Of a stretch of 64,000 bases of DNA, positions 39,297-51,264 are shown piece after piece. The DNA comes from Trichoplax adhaerens. Its lineage: Eukaryota; Animalia; Placozoa. Below the pieces are notes generated by a model. The model was not told the origin of the DNA. It searched no databases and worked only from the letters and a program-made list of their open reading frames with translations. The position numbers and the translations under genes were made by a program. Where the stretch lies: positions 305,077-369,076 of the forward strand of contig NW_002060943.1 in the NCBI RefSeq assembly GCF_000150275.1. The letters are read 5' to 3'. Every line of letters starts with the position of its first letter. Within the stretch, counting starts at the first letter, position 1.

Positions 39297-41496
39297 CTAT
39301 AATTTGCTCAATAAACCAGTTTCGGGAGCTGATGTTGCGATTAGTTTTTGAATATCCCTAAATTGGGGATGTTTCGATCCTCCCATGAGAGCAAGTAAAA
39401 CACATTCACTTGTAGTTATATAGGCCCCCGATTGTCGCAGTCTTTCAATCCCGTACATGCGGTCTACCATGGAGCGTGATGAAACTGCATCTGCTACAAT
39501 ATGAACCTGTTTAATGTAAAGAATATTAGCAATTATTTATTTATTAATATATTATTAGGAGGATTTTCTTATTCATGAGCTCGTAATAATTAGAAATAGA
39601 GATAAATCTGCTGTTGCAAAAGCAGCATCAATGTGCATTGATCGAGTGGAAATTAGGCTACTGAGAGCTTTATACCTCGTAATCTTTATCAATAAGGTCG
39701 ATTGCAGTATGGTGTATGCAGACATGAGTTTCTATGCCAAATAATACAATAGATTTAACATGTGGCATTTCCTTCAATAAGGCTTCAGTTTCAGGCACCA
39801 GCATGGAGAAGTCCGTTTTCGGAAATATTCCTTATAATGATAAGTAGGTGATTTTCAATGAGATTTAGAGCTTTCATTTCAAATATATTATGAAGTTGTT
39901 AAGTACGTTATTAGTCATATTGATAACCATACACGATAGCATTAGAGTTAAATCTACCTTTAGCCTTGCTGGTGTCTAAACTTGAAACAGTTTTTCCCAA
40001 TCCTTAAATACAAATAGAGGACATTAGAATATCAATATAGTATACTATAATTGCAAATAAAATCTCTTGTGTATACGATTGTACGGCCGGTTGTACTACT
40101 AGTTTCCAATTATTTAGCGATAATATTCGGTAGATTGTTTATAAGTTATGGATAAACCCGGAAATTAGAACATAATCGAAGCTATTTAATGACACACTTC
40201 CTGCAACTGCGTATACACATCTGCAACTCTAGCTTGATAATGATATCATTGGGAGTTTTTAAACTGCTTATTGAGCTATTCGAATATTTTATATAACGTT
40301 CCTTAAACTAGAGCATTCAATCATTGGAAATCCTCCTACCGGTATACGTGTAAAACAATAATTTATTTAGATGCACAACGTCTATTTACATAAAGTTTAA
40401 TAATTTCACAAGGCTCAACTAGCACCCATGTACTGTGACGAGAATGGAAATTGTTGAATCGCTAGCGTGATCATAAGGTTAAACTAGATATTTGGAATTG
40501 AATTCTTTTTTTATCGTACAGATAGCATTACGATATAGAAATTAATAAAAGTTTAAATGTACGTTATACGTGTACTTCATAGAAAATCAAGTTTGAACCT
40601 ATCAGATTATGAAGATTTAGATAGGTGTTGCAGCATGCTGGTTTCAGGGCAGAATTGGTACACATTTGACAGGTTGGATGTTAATTAAGGCACATCTTGA
40701 AGTCAACTGCAGTACTTTTAAATGGGCATAACATTAATATGGAAAGATCTGTTGTAATGGAATATGTTCTCATTGTACGAACGAAGGAATAATACGCATA
40801 CTTGACAGAATTCAGACAAGCAGACCAATCGTTTAACTGTCCAGTAAAGAAGTTTATCAAGATTTGTCACGTAGTCTGATTGGTATAATTTACTACTGTC
40901 ATATACAGCCTACCGGCATATTAAAAAACACAGATAAATAAAACAGACGTGCGTACCATTTAAAACTGAGACATAATGATTGCAACTTCATCATCAAGTC
41001 TATAGAACTAATCTGTCATGGTGTATTATTCTTATAGAAATGGATATAAAATAAACGACTGTTATTTTTGATATCATTCCAGTGGGTGGAATTCCGTGGT
41101 AACGGGAGATTTTAGCCTATCTACGCATCAGATATTGATCTGTTTGGTTAACACAAACGAACTGTAGGGTAGCGATGCGATTGAAAATTAGCACTATTCC
41201 TAAGAAAATTTTGACTCCACGGGAATGATAAAGATATCCATACAGTATTCCATCTTAAAATAAGGTTAGTTCAGTCATTGGATCATGCCATCACGATCTC
41301 CATTACCTTGAGGATATTGTTCAGTTGCGATTAAAGGAATATTCAAGGTATTGGCTGCAGCGATCAATCGTTGTTGTACAGCTACAATATCATCGAAGTA
41401 GCGAATTGTTTTGGTAAATTTCTCTTGCATATCACAAAGAAAAAAGGACGTTGAATTGGCTGCTAAACGACCAAGGCGTGCAGTTGCTCTTGCCAT
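39297..41496 (-). CDS. ISOC2: Isochorismatase domain-containing protein (ISOC1/ISOC2 family)
   Basis: Exons 41496-41307, 40002-39958, 39830-39676, 39506-39297. [44 protein letters not shown]; ends ...[10 protein letters not shown]. Confidence 0.93.
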
Positions 41497-42875
41497 CTTG
41501 ATTTAGATTGAATTTGCTTTAAATTAATTGTTGGCTCAGGCCTGCAAAATGTGGCTTGGGAGATACCTACCGATCGCAATCACCTACAGTAATGTCTGCT
41601 ACTACGCAGTTTTCTCCAGGTTATAGAGGTGATAGACAGGATACGCCTTTGCTAAAGTCTTTATGAGTGTGCATTACATGGGTAAAATCTCATACAAGTT
41701 TATAACTGTTTTCCCTCGATACAGTCGTTTCCCCAGGGATTATGGTACTGTATTATGCAAGCGGATAGGTAGGGGGTGGATTAGCCGGCTTGCTCCGCTT
41801 TTACCTCCCTGTTTTGATGTTCATGAAAGATGTCGGTAGAGAACCTTTGCTGTATTTCTATGGATGACATCGTTGCACTTATGATTCTAGGTTGTAAGAG
41901 CTCTTACAGCTACTCCGTGTGCAAATTCTACTTTAATATTGTAAATCAGACCCTCGGAATATTGTATCGTTATTATATTGCGCTGACCCAGCCAGGTGTG
42001 GAGTTGATCGAGAAATAAAGTAGTAGCGGGCCTTCACTAAAGTATACAACCGAGCTGCCTCCTCCGTTTTCGATCAATTATATACTGTATATTAATAATT
42101 CACAACAGAACAGTGAATAACGAACAAGAAAATGCTGTGGTAATTCTGCTTAGCTTCCATGTACGAGAGACACTCCACTCCGATTTAGCTGGGTTGTGTC
42201 ATCATTTGGCATGAAAAAAGTTGAATCTTTTGAAGATGATGAATGATTTGGACCTAGTACAGTGTACATTCTGTAGACTACAGCATAGCTATTACCATAG
42301 ACTACTAGAAAAGACTAGTTTTAGTAGTCCTTGTCTAAGGAATCATTAGTAATGATACTCTATCGGAATATAGGATGGAAATTTTCCGAAATACGATAGG
42401 AGGTAAGCGTGAGGAAAAGTGTGTCTAGCATGCGAGTATGCGGCACAGCAGTAATGTAGTTAGTCGTATAGATCAAGCTTAACAACAGGTGTATCCTTCA
42501 TTCGGTACACGTAGTTTGGATAGAACAAGTTATATGGCAGGAAATGGACGAGCTAGGCTAGATTTCGCCGAGAGCTTGAACTCTTGAACTCTTGAACTCT
42601 GTAGTAGCAGAGCAACTCGGCTTAAGCTAAATACAGTATCGCCAATGATTTTAGGTTGCAGTAAGAAGGTTTTCGAGAGTACTGTCCGCTATTACGGCAA
42701 GACAACTCGTGCCAAACAGATGATGAAGATTAAACCACCCCCACCAATATGACTATGACATGTTTGAGTTTGTGCAACAGATTTTCAGTGTTTTTCCTTC
42801 ACTTCATTATTGCATTACCATATAGCAGTAGATATAAAATATGTTGTACTAGGTAACAATATAGGGATAATCTGA

Positions 42876-43831
42876 TTGGGCAACTAATTCAATCCATAAG
42901 CTTGATTTAGTTGGTAGAATTGGACTGTTCTAGATGTGAGATACGATTGCTTGCGGAAAGCAGACGTTACTTTGGGCTACTAATTCAATCCATAAGCTTG
43001 ATTTAGCTGGTAGAATTGGACTGTTCTAGATGTGAGATGCGATTGCTTGCGGAAAGCAGACGTTACTTTGGGCTACTAATTCAATCCATAAGCTTGATTT
43101 AGTTGGTAGAATTGGACTGTTCTAGATGTGAGATACGATTGCTTGCGGAAAGCAGACGTTATTTGGGGCTACTAATTCAATCCATAAGCTTGATTTAGTT
43201 GGTAGAATTGGACTGTTCTAGATGTGAGATACGATTGCTTGCGGAAAGCAGACGTTACTTTTGGGCTACTAATTCAATCCATAAGCTTGATTTAGTTGGT
43301 AGAATTGGACTGTTCTAGATGTGAGATACGATTGCTTGCGGAAAGCAGACGTTATTTGGGGCTACTAATTCAATCCATAAGTTTGATTTAGCTGGTAGAA
43401 TTGGACTGTTCTAGATGTGAGATACGATTGCTTGCGGAAAGCAGACGTTACTTTGGGCAACTAATTCAATCCATAAGCTTGATTTAGCTGGTAGAATTGG
43501 ACTGTTCTAGATGTGAGATGCGATTACTTGCGGAAAGCAGACGTTACTTTGAGCTACTAATTCAATCCATAAGCTTGATTTAGTTGGTAGAATTGGACTG
43601 TTCTAGATGTGAGATACGATTGCTTGCGGAAAGCAGACGTTATTTGGGGCTACTAATTCAATCAATAAGCTTGATTTAGCTGGTAGAATTGGACTGTTCT
43701 AGATGTGAGATACGATTGCTTGCGGAAAGCAGACGTTATTTGGGGCTACTAATTCAATCAATAAGCTTGATTTAGCTGGTAGAATTGGACTGTTCTAGAT
43801 GTGAGATGCGATTGCTTGCGGAAAGCAGACA
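42876..43831. repeat. Minisatellite, ten units of ~96 bp
   Basis: TTGGGCTACTAATTCAATCCATAAGCTTGATTTAG...GCGGAAAGCAGACGTTAC repeated with about 96-bp periodicity. Confidence 0.95.
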
Positions 43832-44547
43832 TTATTAACAAAGAGATTTAGCTAAAGCACCCACACAACGTATACGTATTTCTTATTATTGATTGAATTA
43901 GTTCATCAATGTTACCACTACATTGTCTGTCTTTTTATCAAATCTCCTTAAATCACCCACTACCATAACGGTTCAATTGAACAGGCGGTTTTCTAAAACT
44001 AGGTATGGACAGGGAGAATAGATATTACTTGATGAAAAGTTTAAGTGAACGCCAGAATATTATACGCGGTATCGTAAACATTATCACTCGAATGTCATCA
44101 TCAATCTACCTAATTTCTTATCCATACAATTCGCCGAATAAAGTATACAATTTCTTGTTGTAAGATGTAAAAACTATCAAAGTCGCGGTACATAGGCTGG
44201 TGAGTTATTTACATGGTCGTGGCATTGAATTTATAAATGTATTGTAATCCACGATTTGCTGCGCTATCTTCTATTTATTACTGTGAACATTGATAATTTC
44301 ATGGTAACATATCAAATTATGTATGAACTAATAGCTACATGAAATTTCGTTAGAAGTTACTACATTCGATACAAATTATAAAAAATAAAACAGCTACCAA
44401 TAAGTCGTATCCATAGAAATTTATCATAGAGTATTTTAAGAGACAGGGAAGTTCTGTTAGTTGCTACTAGTATGGATGAAGTAAAGATCTAAACATAAAA
44501 TGTGACAGACTTGGATAGGATCATTAAGCACAAATAAATGAAGAAAG

Positions 44548-47500
44548 TTAGTGGCAAATCTTGTTAATTGCTGACAGAATCCTATGATTGAGTAAAATGA
44601 ACAATAGAAAAAAAATGAATGCAAATATGGAAAACACTTTTCTTCGCTGCACTGTACCGTACTAGACATACCTTATATTCATACGTGATTTAACTTATTT
44701 GTTACAATAGTAATTAATTATAGTTTAGTAAAAATTCAAAAGTCAAACTTACATTGATTCGGTCATTCGCTCCGTTTCACACAGGTTAACCAGAACATAA
44801 ACCATACGCATGGCATAGTCATTCTATCAAATATAATAGTCTATTAGCTACTAGACCTTGTAACAACTCTACTTTATTAAAATCTTCTACATTACCTTGC
44901 CAAGGTTATAACATTTCTCTGAGAACGATTTAGTCATAACATGTAAACAATCAAAATTCTTAATATCATGCTTTTGGTGATGCATAATATGATGAGCAAG
45001 TTCAAAATTGTTTTCAACAGCTTCTATGAGAATGGATCGTATCGTCTTATCAATTTTTTCGCGATGCTGCAAGGTTTAGTAGAGGTGTGAAAGGATAAAA
45101 TATTTAAAGATTGATATCTATTAGTAATCATGACATATAGGAAAGATTAAATTTACAATTTACAGATTCATACGATCTCCAATTTACGACATTCGTGTTT
45201 TACCTCAATTAGCTTCTCTAACTGTCCTATATAGTGTTGTCGCTCAGTCTTTGATGTGGCATCAGTAATACGGTTACTTAAAATAACTACTGGTACATCT
45301 GGAGCTGCGACAGTGTCCATCGGAGGTAACGGATAAGGATCGAATAGTTTTGATGGAGTATTGGATTTTGGATCGCCTTGAAAATTATCTAGATCTTCCT
45401 CGTCGAATGACTAGCCAAACACAAGATTGTGGTTAAAGGATATAACTTATTTATAAATCAATTTTTTCTTCCTATCCAATAATTCTACAAGGAAATTACC
45501 ATATCACCATATTTGCAGACTTTACTAGTATTGGTCTTTCTTCGAACGGTATCAAACTGTTGAATTAAGGTTTCTGTTTGCATGTCAGCCTAGAATTTCG
45601 TTTTATTATTTATTGCAATGAACAAAAGCTGTAGCGTAAAAGGAAGCCACAGGAAAATGTGGATTTAAAGTTATCAATTATTATTAATTAATCGTATCAC
45701 TTTATACCTGATCGGAATTTTGCATCCAATTTATGCTGTATACATCACCAAGATATGTGCCCCTTTTCCTATCATAATAGCAGGCGTACGAGGAATGAGT
45801 CGGATCGGAAGCAGTAGTAACATAAACTGTCGAAGAAAATGAATCAGATCTTAAATATTGCACACGTGTGACTATATTTCATGGATTAAGGTTTTACAAT
45901 TGTATTAATACCATTTTTGTTATCGGCTAAGACATTATGAAACATTGATCCTGCCTCACAAGCTTCAACGTAAATAACCAACTAGAATCATAGAGAAATG
46001 TTCAAGTTGTAGATTTATCTTATCTGATTCATTATATAATCAGTATAGAAAGCGGATTTGAACCTGTTTGAACATTTTCTTCATGTACATTTGGTTGATG
46101 GTCTGGTTAAGCATCTTAGCGGTTAACTGATTAAGGAAAGGATAACATAAAGAAATAGTTATGATAAGGATAAAGATATTTTGTCTGCTGTGTATAGAAT
46201 GATTAATCAAAATAGAATGTGATATTACTTACAATGTCCTCAGGAAAGGCCACAAGACCTTGCGCACCATGATCGACAAAATTGATGAAAACACGATCAT
46301 TTGGCCCACTATTTGAGAAAAAGATTGCATGCTTTTAAATGGCCTTAGCACGATTTCTATTACAGTAATTAACAATTTCAATAAAATTGTTTGCTGTTTC
46401 CGTTACGAGATATAATATCAGACCTCTTCAGTACTTTTCCACTGCCACCGGTGACTTTGTCTGCATTACCCAGTAAAACGTTGATGAAATTTGTTGGATT
46501 GACATGCTATTATGTAAACAAAAACAAATAATTGAAGTTATTTCTAATCAAAAGGACTATAAATTTTAAACTTCGATGTCCATGAGAGTGATTTCAACGG
46601 AAATGATGTAGTAAGACGATCAACTTACATTTTTGGTGTAATCTTTTAGAACGTTGGCGTATACGTTAGGACCATAAGGCTAATAAAGGAGAAAAAAGGA
46701 ATAATATGAGTAACATTTTGCAGATGCTGTACTAGTTGATAAAATATGAAAAGACAGAGACACTGCCGATTCCTCATAAGAGCAGTTCATTTTAAAAGCA
46801 TACGTGTCCTTTTAAGATTGCCAAATATCTTGACAGTAAATTTGCCCTTATATATACCCATGTGCTGACAAGAGCAAAAAAGTGCTCCAAGATTACTGTG
46901 TAGTAATCATTAAGATCGATAAAATTAGACTTACCCTATTGATAATCTTTCCAGGGGTTGGGTTGCTAGTTTAGTCAACAAAACAGATGAAAACAAAATG
47001 TTCGAAATGTCAGTGTTTCATCCATAACTAGCATTAGGAGAGCTGTGATTGCGACTTACTTTTCGTTTTCGGCAATGTCATCGTACATCATGACCACAAT
47101 ACGCTCATCAGGGAATCCATTTTTATGAAGGATCTGATAAGCATGGCATATATCGGCCTAAAATAAAAAATCAGTAAGATTTGAATGAGATTGAAAGAAA
47201 TGAAGGCCAATGTTGTACAAGATTGGAAAATAGGCATTGATATTCTTGAGTATAACCTGGCTATTATACGGTATTTCATACGTGTATAGCAAAGTCTTTT
47301 CATGATTGCGCTATTCATTTTAGTCTTATCCTTTTGAATAGGATATTCAACTCAAATTGGAATGCTCCATTCTGTCATAGCGTGTAACACCATGTCGAGA
47401 AAATGAATACTATTGCCTTGTTTACATACTACAAAACGACCGATGATCTTCATTTTCTCTACTATCTATCCATCTCCCATACAATAAATGGAAGAAAAGT

Positions 47501-48706
47501 GGCAATCGATCTAGTAAAGTATTAAGCGATCGCCATTTACAGTAATAGAACGTAGAAGTAGTGTACTCTTTCCAGTGTAGGCAAATTGATTATCGTCAGT
47601 TCCATCCTAATATGAGCCAAGGTTGCAAAAAAGGTGAGCAGTAGTCGCACGATGGAGATGCTTTACTGTTACGCATTCATTCCTCTCCTTTCCTACTTAA
47701 TACTGTATGTAAAGGATATTCAACTCAAATTGGAATGCTCCATTTCTGTCATAGCGTGTAACACCATGTCGAGAAAATGAATACTATTGCCTTGTTTACA
47801 TACTACAAAACGACCGATGATCTTCATTTTCTCTACTATCTATCCATCTCCCATACAATAAATGGAAGAAAAGTGGCAATCGATCTAGTAAAGTATTAAG
47901 CGATCGCCATTTACAGTAATAGAACGTAGAAATAGTGTACTCTTTCCAGTGTAGGCAAATTGATTATCGTCAGTTCCATCCTAATATCAGCCAAGGTTGA
48001 AAAAAGGTGAGCAGTAGTCGCACGATGGAGATGCTTTACGCATTCATTCCTTTCCTTTCCTACTGAATACTGTATGTAAAGCATTACCATCAAGATGCAT
48101 GACGTAATAGTCTTACCGGACAATAACATCCGAAAAGTACACACAGGATCCAAGTGGAATAAGTTCGCGATTTAGAATCAAAATTCGATTGGGAAGTACA
48201 TGGATCCCTCAGTAGTATCACACAGTATCACTGTGTAACATTTCTATATCGTGAAATTGTCAATGGGAATATGTGTAAACGAATTATTTTATTTTTCTGG
48301 CCTTCCTTGCAGAGAGATGGTCAAGTGGTATACAGAGTACAGTATAGCGTGTTTCATTTCCTTTTCGACGCTTGAACTGGGGGAAAAATATATAACTAAA
48401 AACTAACGTGTCAATACAATAGTTTATAACGACATGTAATCTTGAAGTTAACTGTATGTATAGAAGTAGTTGTATGGATAGCAATCACTTTGATTGATAC
48501 ATTTAATTTAAAATATTGGATGCTAAAATAACATTGCTGTCCTACGATGGAAAACTTACTTGATGTCTGTAATTGTCCCAACCATTGGAGCCAGCTACGA
48601 GGACTGCCCAATTTTTGCCGTCATCTTCACGAGAATGCAACGATGGTAGAGCTAGCAAGAGCCCCGTTAAACAGGTCATAACAACGATGACTGTTAATTT
48701 CCACAT
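44548..48706 (-). CDS. LGMN: Legumain (asparaginyl endopeptidase, C13 family), 14 coding exons
   Basis: Signal peptide MWKLTVIVV..., [25 protein letters not shown], catalytic His (FVDHGA) and Cys ([10 protein letters not shown]), [12 protein letters not shown], prodomain ending [10 protein letters not shown]. Confidence 0.96.
47340..48080. repeat. Near-perfect two-copy tandem duplication (373 bp) in legumain intron 1
   Basis: AGGATATTCAACTCAAATTGGAATGCTCC at 47340 and 47713. Confidence 0.93.
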
Positions 48707-49101
48707 TTTACTCTTGTATGCAAGGGATTCTCTCAATAATTGTGAAATAAGTTGGAGCTATATCTGCAACAGCCAGAAGATTAATATTTGACAGTAGTGG
48801 AGAAGAAGGTTAACGCGCAACTACTGTAAATCGACGTGGATTGACTGACAGACTGACGAGTCCGTCGTACACTACAATGGCTATTGTTTACATTATTGGA
48901 CAAGCAGAGACAAGTACTATCCTACTGTACTATGGCGACTGGTGATAGTTTTCAGTATGTATATAGTTACAGTATCAGAGCAGGTCAGAGTCACGTGACA
49001 TACAGTAGCATCACGCAGGACAGTACTGTACACTGTATACTACTTTATCCTTCTGTACAGTGTACAGTGTACAGTGGACTATGCAGTACTGTACACTGTG
49101 C

Positions 49102-49695
49102 ACTGTACAGTTTGTCCCAGTCCATTTTCCCCATAAACTTCGAAAGTAAAAAATTGAAATTTCTGTCGATTTTCAATAAAATACAAGTCAATCGATAGAT
49201 TGTATAACGTAGTTCTGCATATAGTTAATTTCTGTCGATTTTCAACAAGATACAAGTCAATCGATAGATTGTATAACGTAGTTCTGCACATAGTTAATTA
49301 GACTGTATAACGTAGTTCGGTATATAGTTAATTTCTGTCGATTTTCAATAAAATACAAGTCAATCGATAGACTGTATAACGTAGTTCTGCATATAGTTAA
49401 TTTCTGCCGATTTTCAATAAAATACAAGTCAATCGATAGACTGTATAACGTAGTTCTGCATATAGTTAATTTCTGTCGATTTTCAATAAAATACAAGTCA
49501 ATCGATAGATTGTATAACGTAGTTCTGTATATAGTTAATATGTTATACTATAGCAGTTATTGTACCCAGATAAATCGATCAATTGATATTGAGTCAATCG
49601 ATAGATTGACATGTATTTTATTGAAAATGGACAAAAATTTCAATTTTTTGTCGATAAAATTTTTCGGGAAAAAGTTCTGGGACAATTTGTACAGT
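49102..49695. mobile_element. Foldback/MITE-like non-autonomous element with ~95-bp imperfect terminal inverted repeats and internal 69-bp tandem units
   Basis: Left end ACTGTACAGTTTGTCCCAG...AAAAAATTGAAATTTCTGTCGATTTTCAATAAAATACAAGTCAATC matches the reverse complement of about 49598-49695. Internal units at 49160, 49229, 49332, 49401, 49470. No transposase ORF and no clear TSD. Confidence 0.7.
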
Positions 49696-51028
49696 ACTTA
49701 ACCCTCCTGTATACTACAGTATGATCCTTTTCCAAACCGATAAATCAGTACACATTAATGTATACTGAACGCCGGCATTTTGGTACGAAATCCGGTCAAT
49801 TTTTGATACAGTATGTGGAATTGGTGTATATGTCATATATTGGTTCATAGTAAAGCGTTGAACTTCATATTAAAGAATTAGATACCAAAAAGATCACGCT
49901 GTACAGTTGAAGTTATTGTAAAACTAACTACTAACTCTATTCTCTCTTTCTTGTATTGAAAAATGCCGGCTTATGCTCGCCATACTTTGCATATTTTATA
50001 CGCGTAGGGAACATATGAAGGGACAGTAGAGGACATGGTGAAAAATAATTCTGTTCAATGGATTCCAGAAAAGCATGTTGGATTCATACTTTTACTCTTG
50101 TAACTACTCTAAATCAAACGTAAAATACATGCGTATAATCTTAAACCCTACCAACTACTGTTGGTATCTTTAGTCTGGCAACAATTCTCAACGAAGCAAA
50201 GTCACGTCTTATTTGCATTTGGTACATACTTTATTTAAGTCATAGTTAACTAGGATTGCGGACAACGTGCTAATATTACAGAAAGATAATACATATGTAC
50301 ATTACTATTTAATTTGCGACAACTACTGCAGAATGGACGAATTTACTGTAACACACTAAAATCCTACTTTTAGTTATACAAATACTGTACATAGATACAG
50401 CACGCGTGCATTTATACAATTATTTTTCCCATTCACTTGATTGACGATTCAATAAGGAAAAGATCTTATAGACTAGTATGGTACTTTGAAATAACACACA
50501 TATTTTTCTTTTTTGTTTGCTTGGAGCATTAATCAGCATGTGGCAGGCTAAAAGAGTAGTTCAATGGCGCAAGTCCTGTACAGTCCATTATTACTTTATC
50601 TTGTGATTACTTCTACCAGTATGTGATGTATTGTTATGTGTTTCAAAGAAACTTTATGATAATTGAACTATAAAAAATTAAAGAAGCCAATTTTTGGCCA
50701 ATTTCCTTAATTATCAGTGATATACTAATTACGAAGAACGCATTTTATTAAACAATTGCATGACAGGATCCAAACGCCTCAAGGGGCATTAATTCACTGG
50801 AGTAAGCAAATGAGATAACTTTAGGTAATTAGGTAAAAGTATTGATGAGTCTATCGGTAGTGGTTATGTATAATATAACACTATAGTTTGTAGTTATAGT
50901 ATTTATAAATTTCCTTACAGAGCTTTTACGAGCGAAGAGTTATAACTACAATCATAGCTATGAAAATTCTTATGTGTTAATGAGAACAGAGGCGAAAATT
51001 AAATCATCATGCCACAAGTTTCAGGACG

Positions 51029-51042
51029 GTTCCTATGGTAAC
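51029..51042. promoter_or_regulatory. RFX X-box GTTCCTATGGTAAC
   Basis: Exact match to GTHNYYATRRNAAC, ending 223 bp upstream of the 996-aa ORF ATG. Confidence 0.5.
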
Positions 51043-51264
51043 ATAATTAAAAGCAATATATTATAATGCATCCAAGATTTAGATGAAAACAAGTTAAAAG
51101 CTATACTTTCATGAAGGATAGAAATACATACGCAATTATCAAATATTGCCCAGCAGAGTATCGACTACATTAACTTTGGTCAGAGTCGGTAAACCCGGAT
51201 ACTACGCCTGTATTTCAGAAAAAATTATGCTCAAGAATTCCAACGATCACGTAAGCCCAAGTTA

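Noticed and set aside
42843-42857. X-box-like GTTGTACTAGGTAAC
   Set aside because: Imperfect spacing and no identified adjacent gene start.
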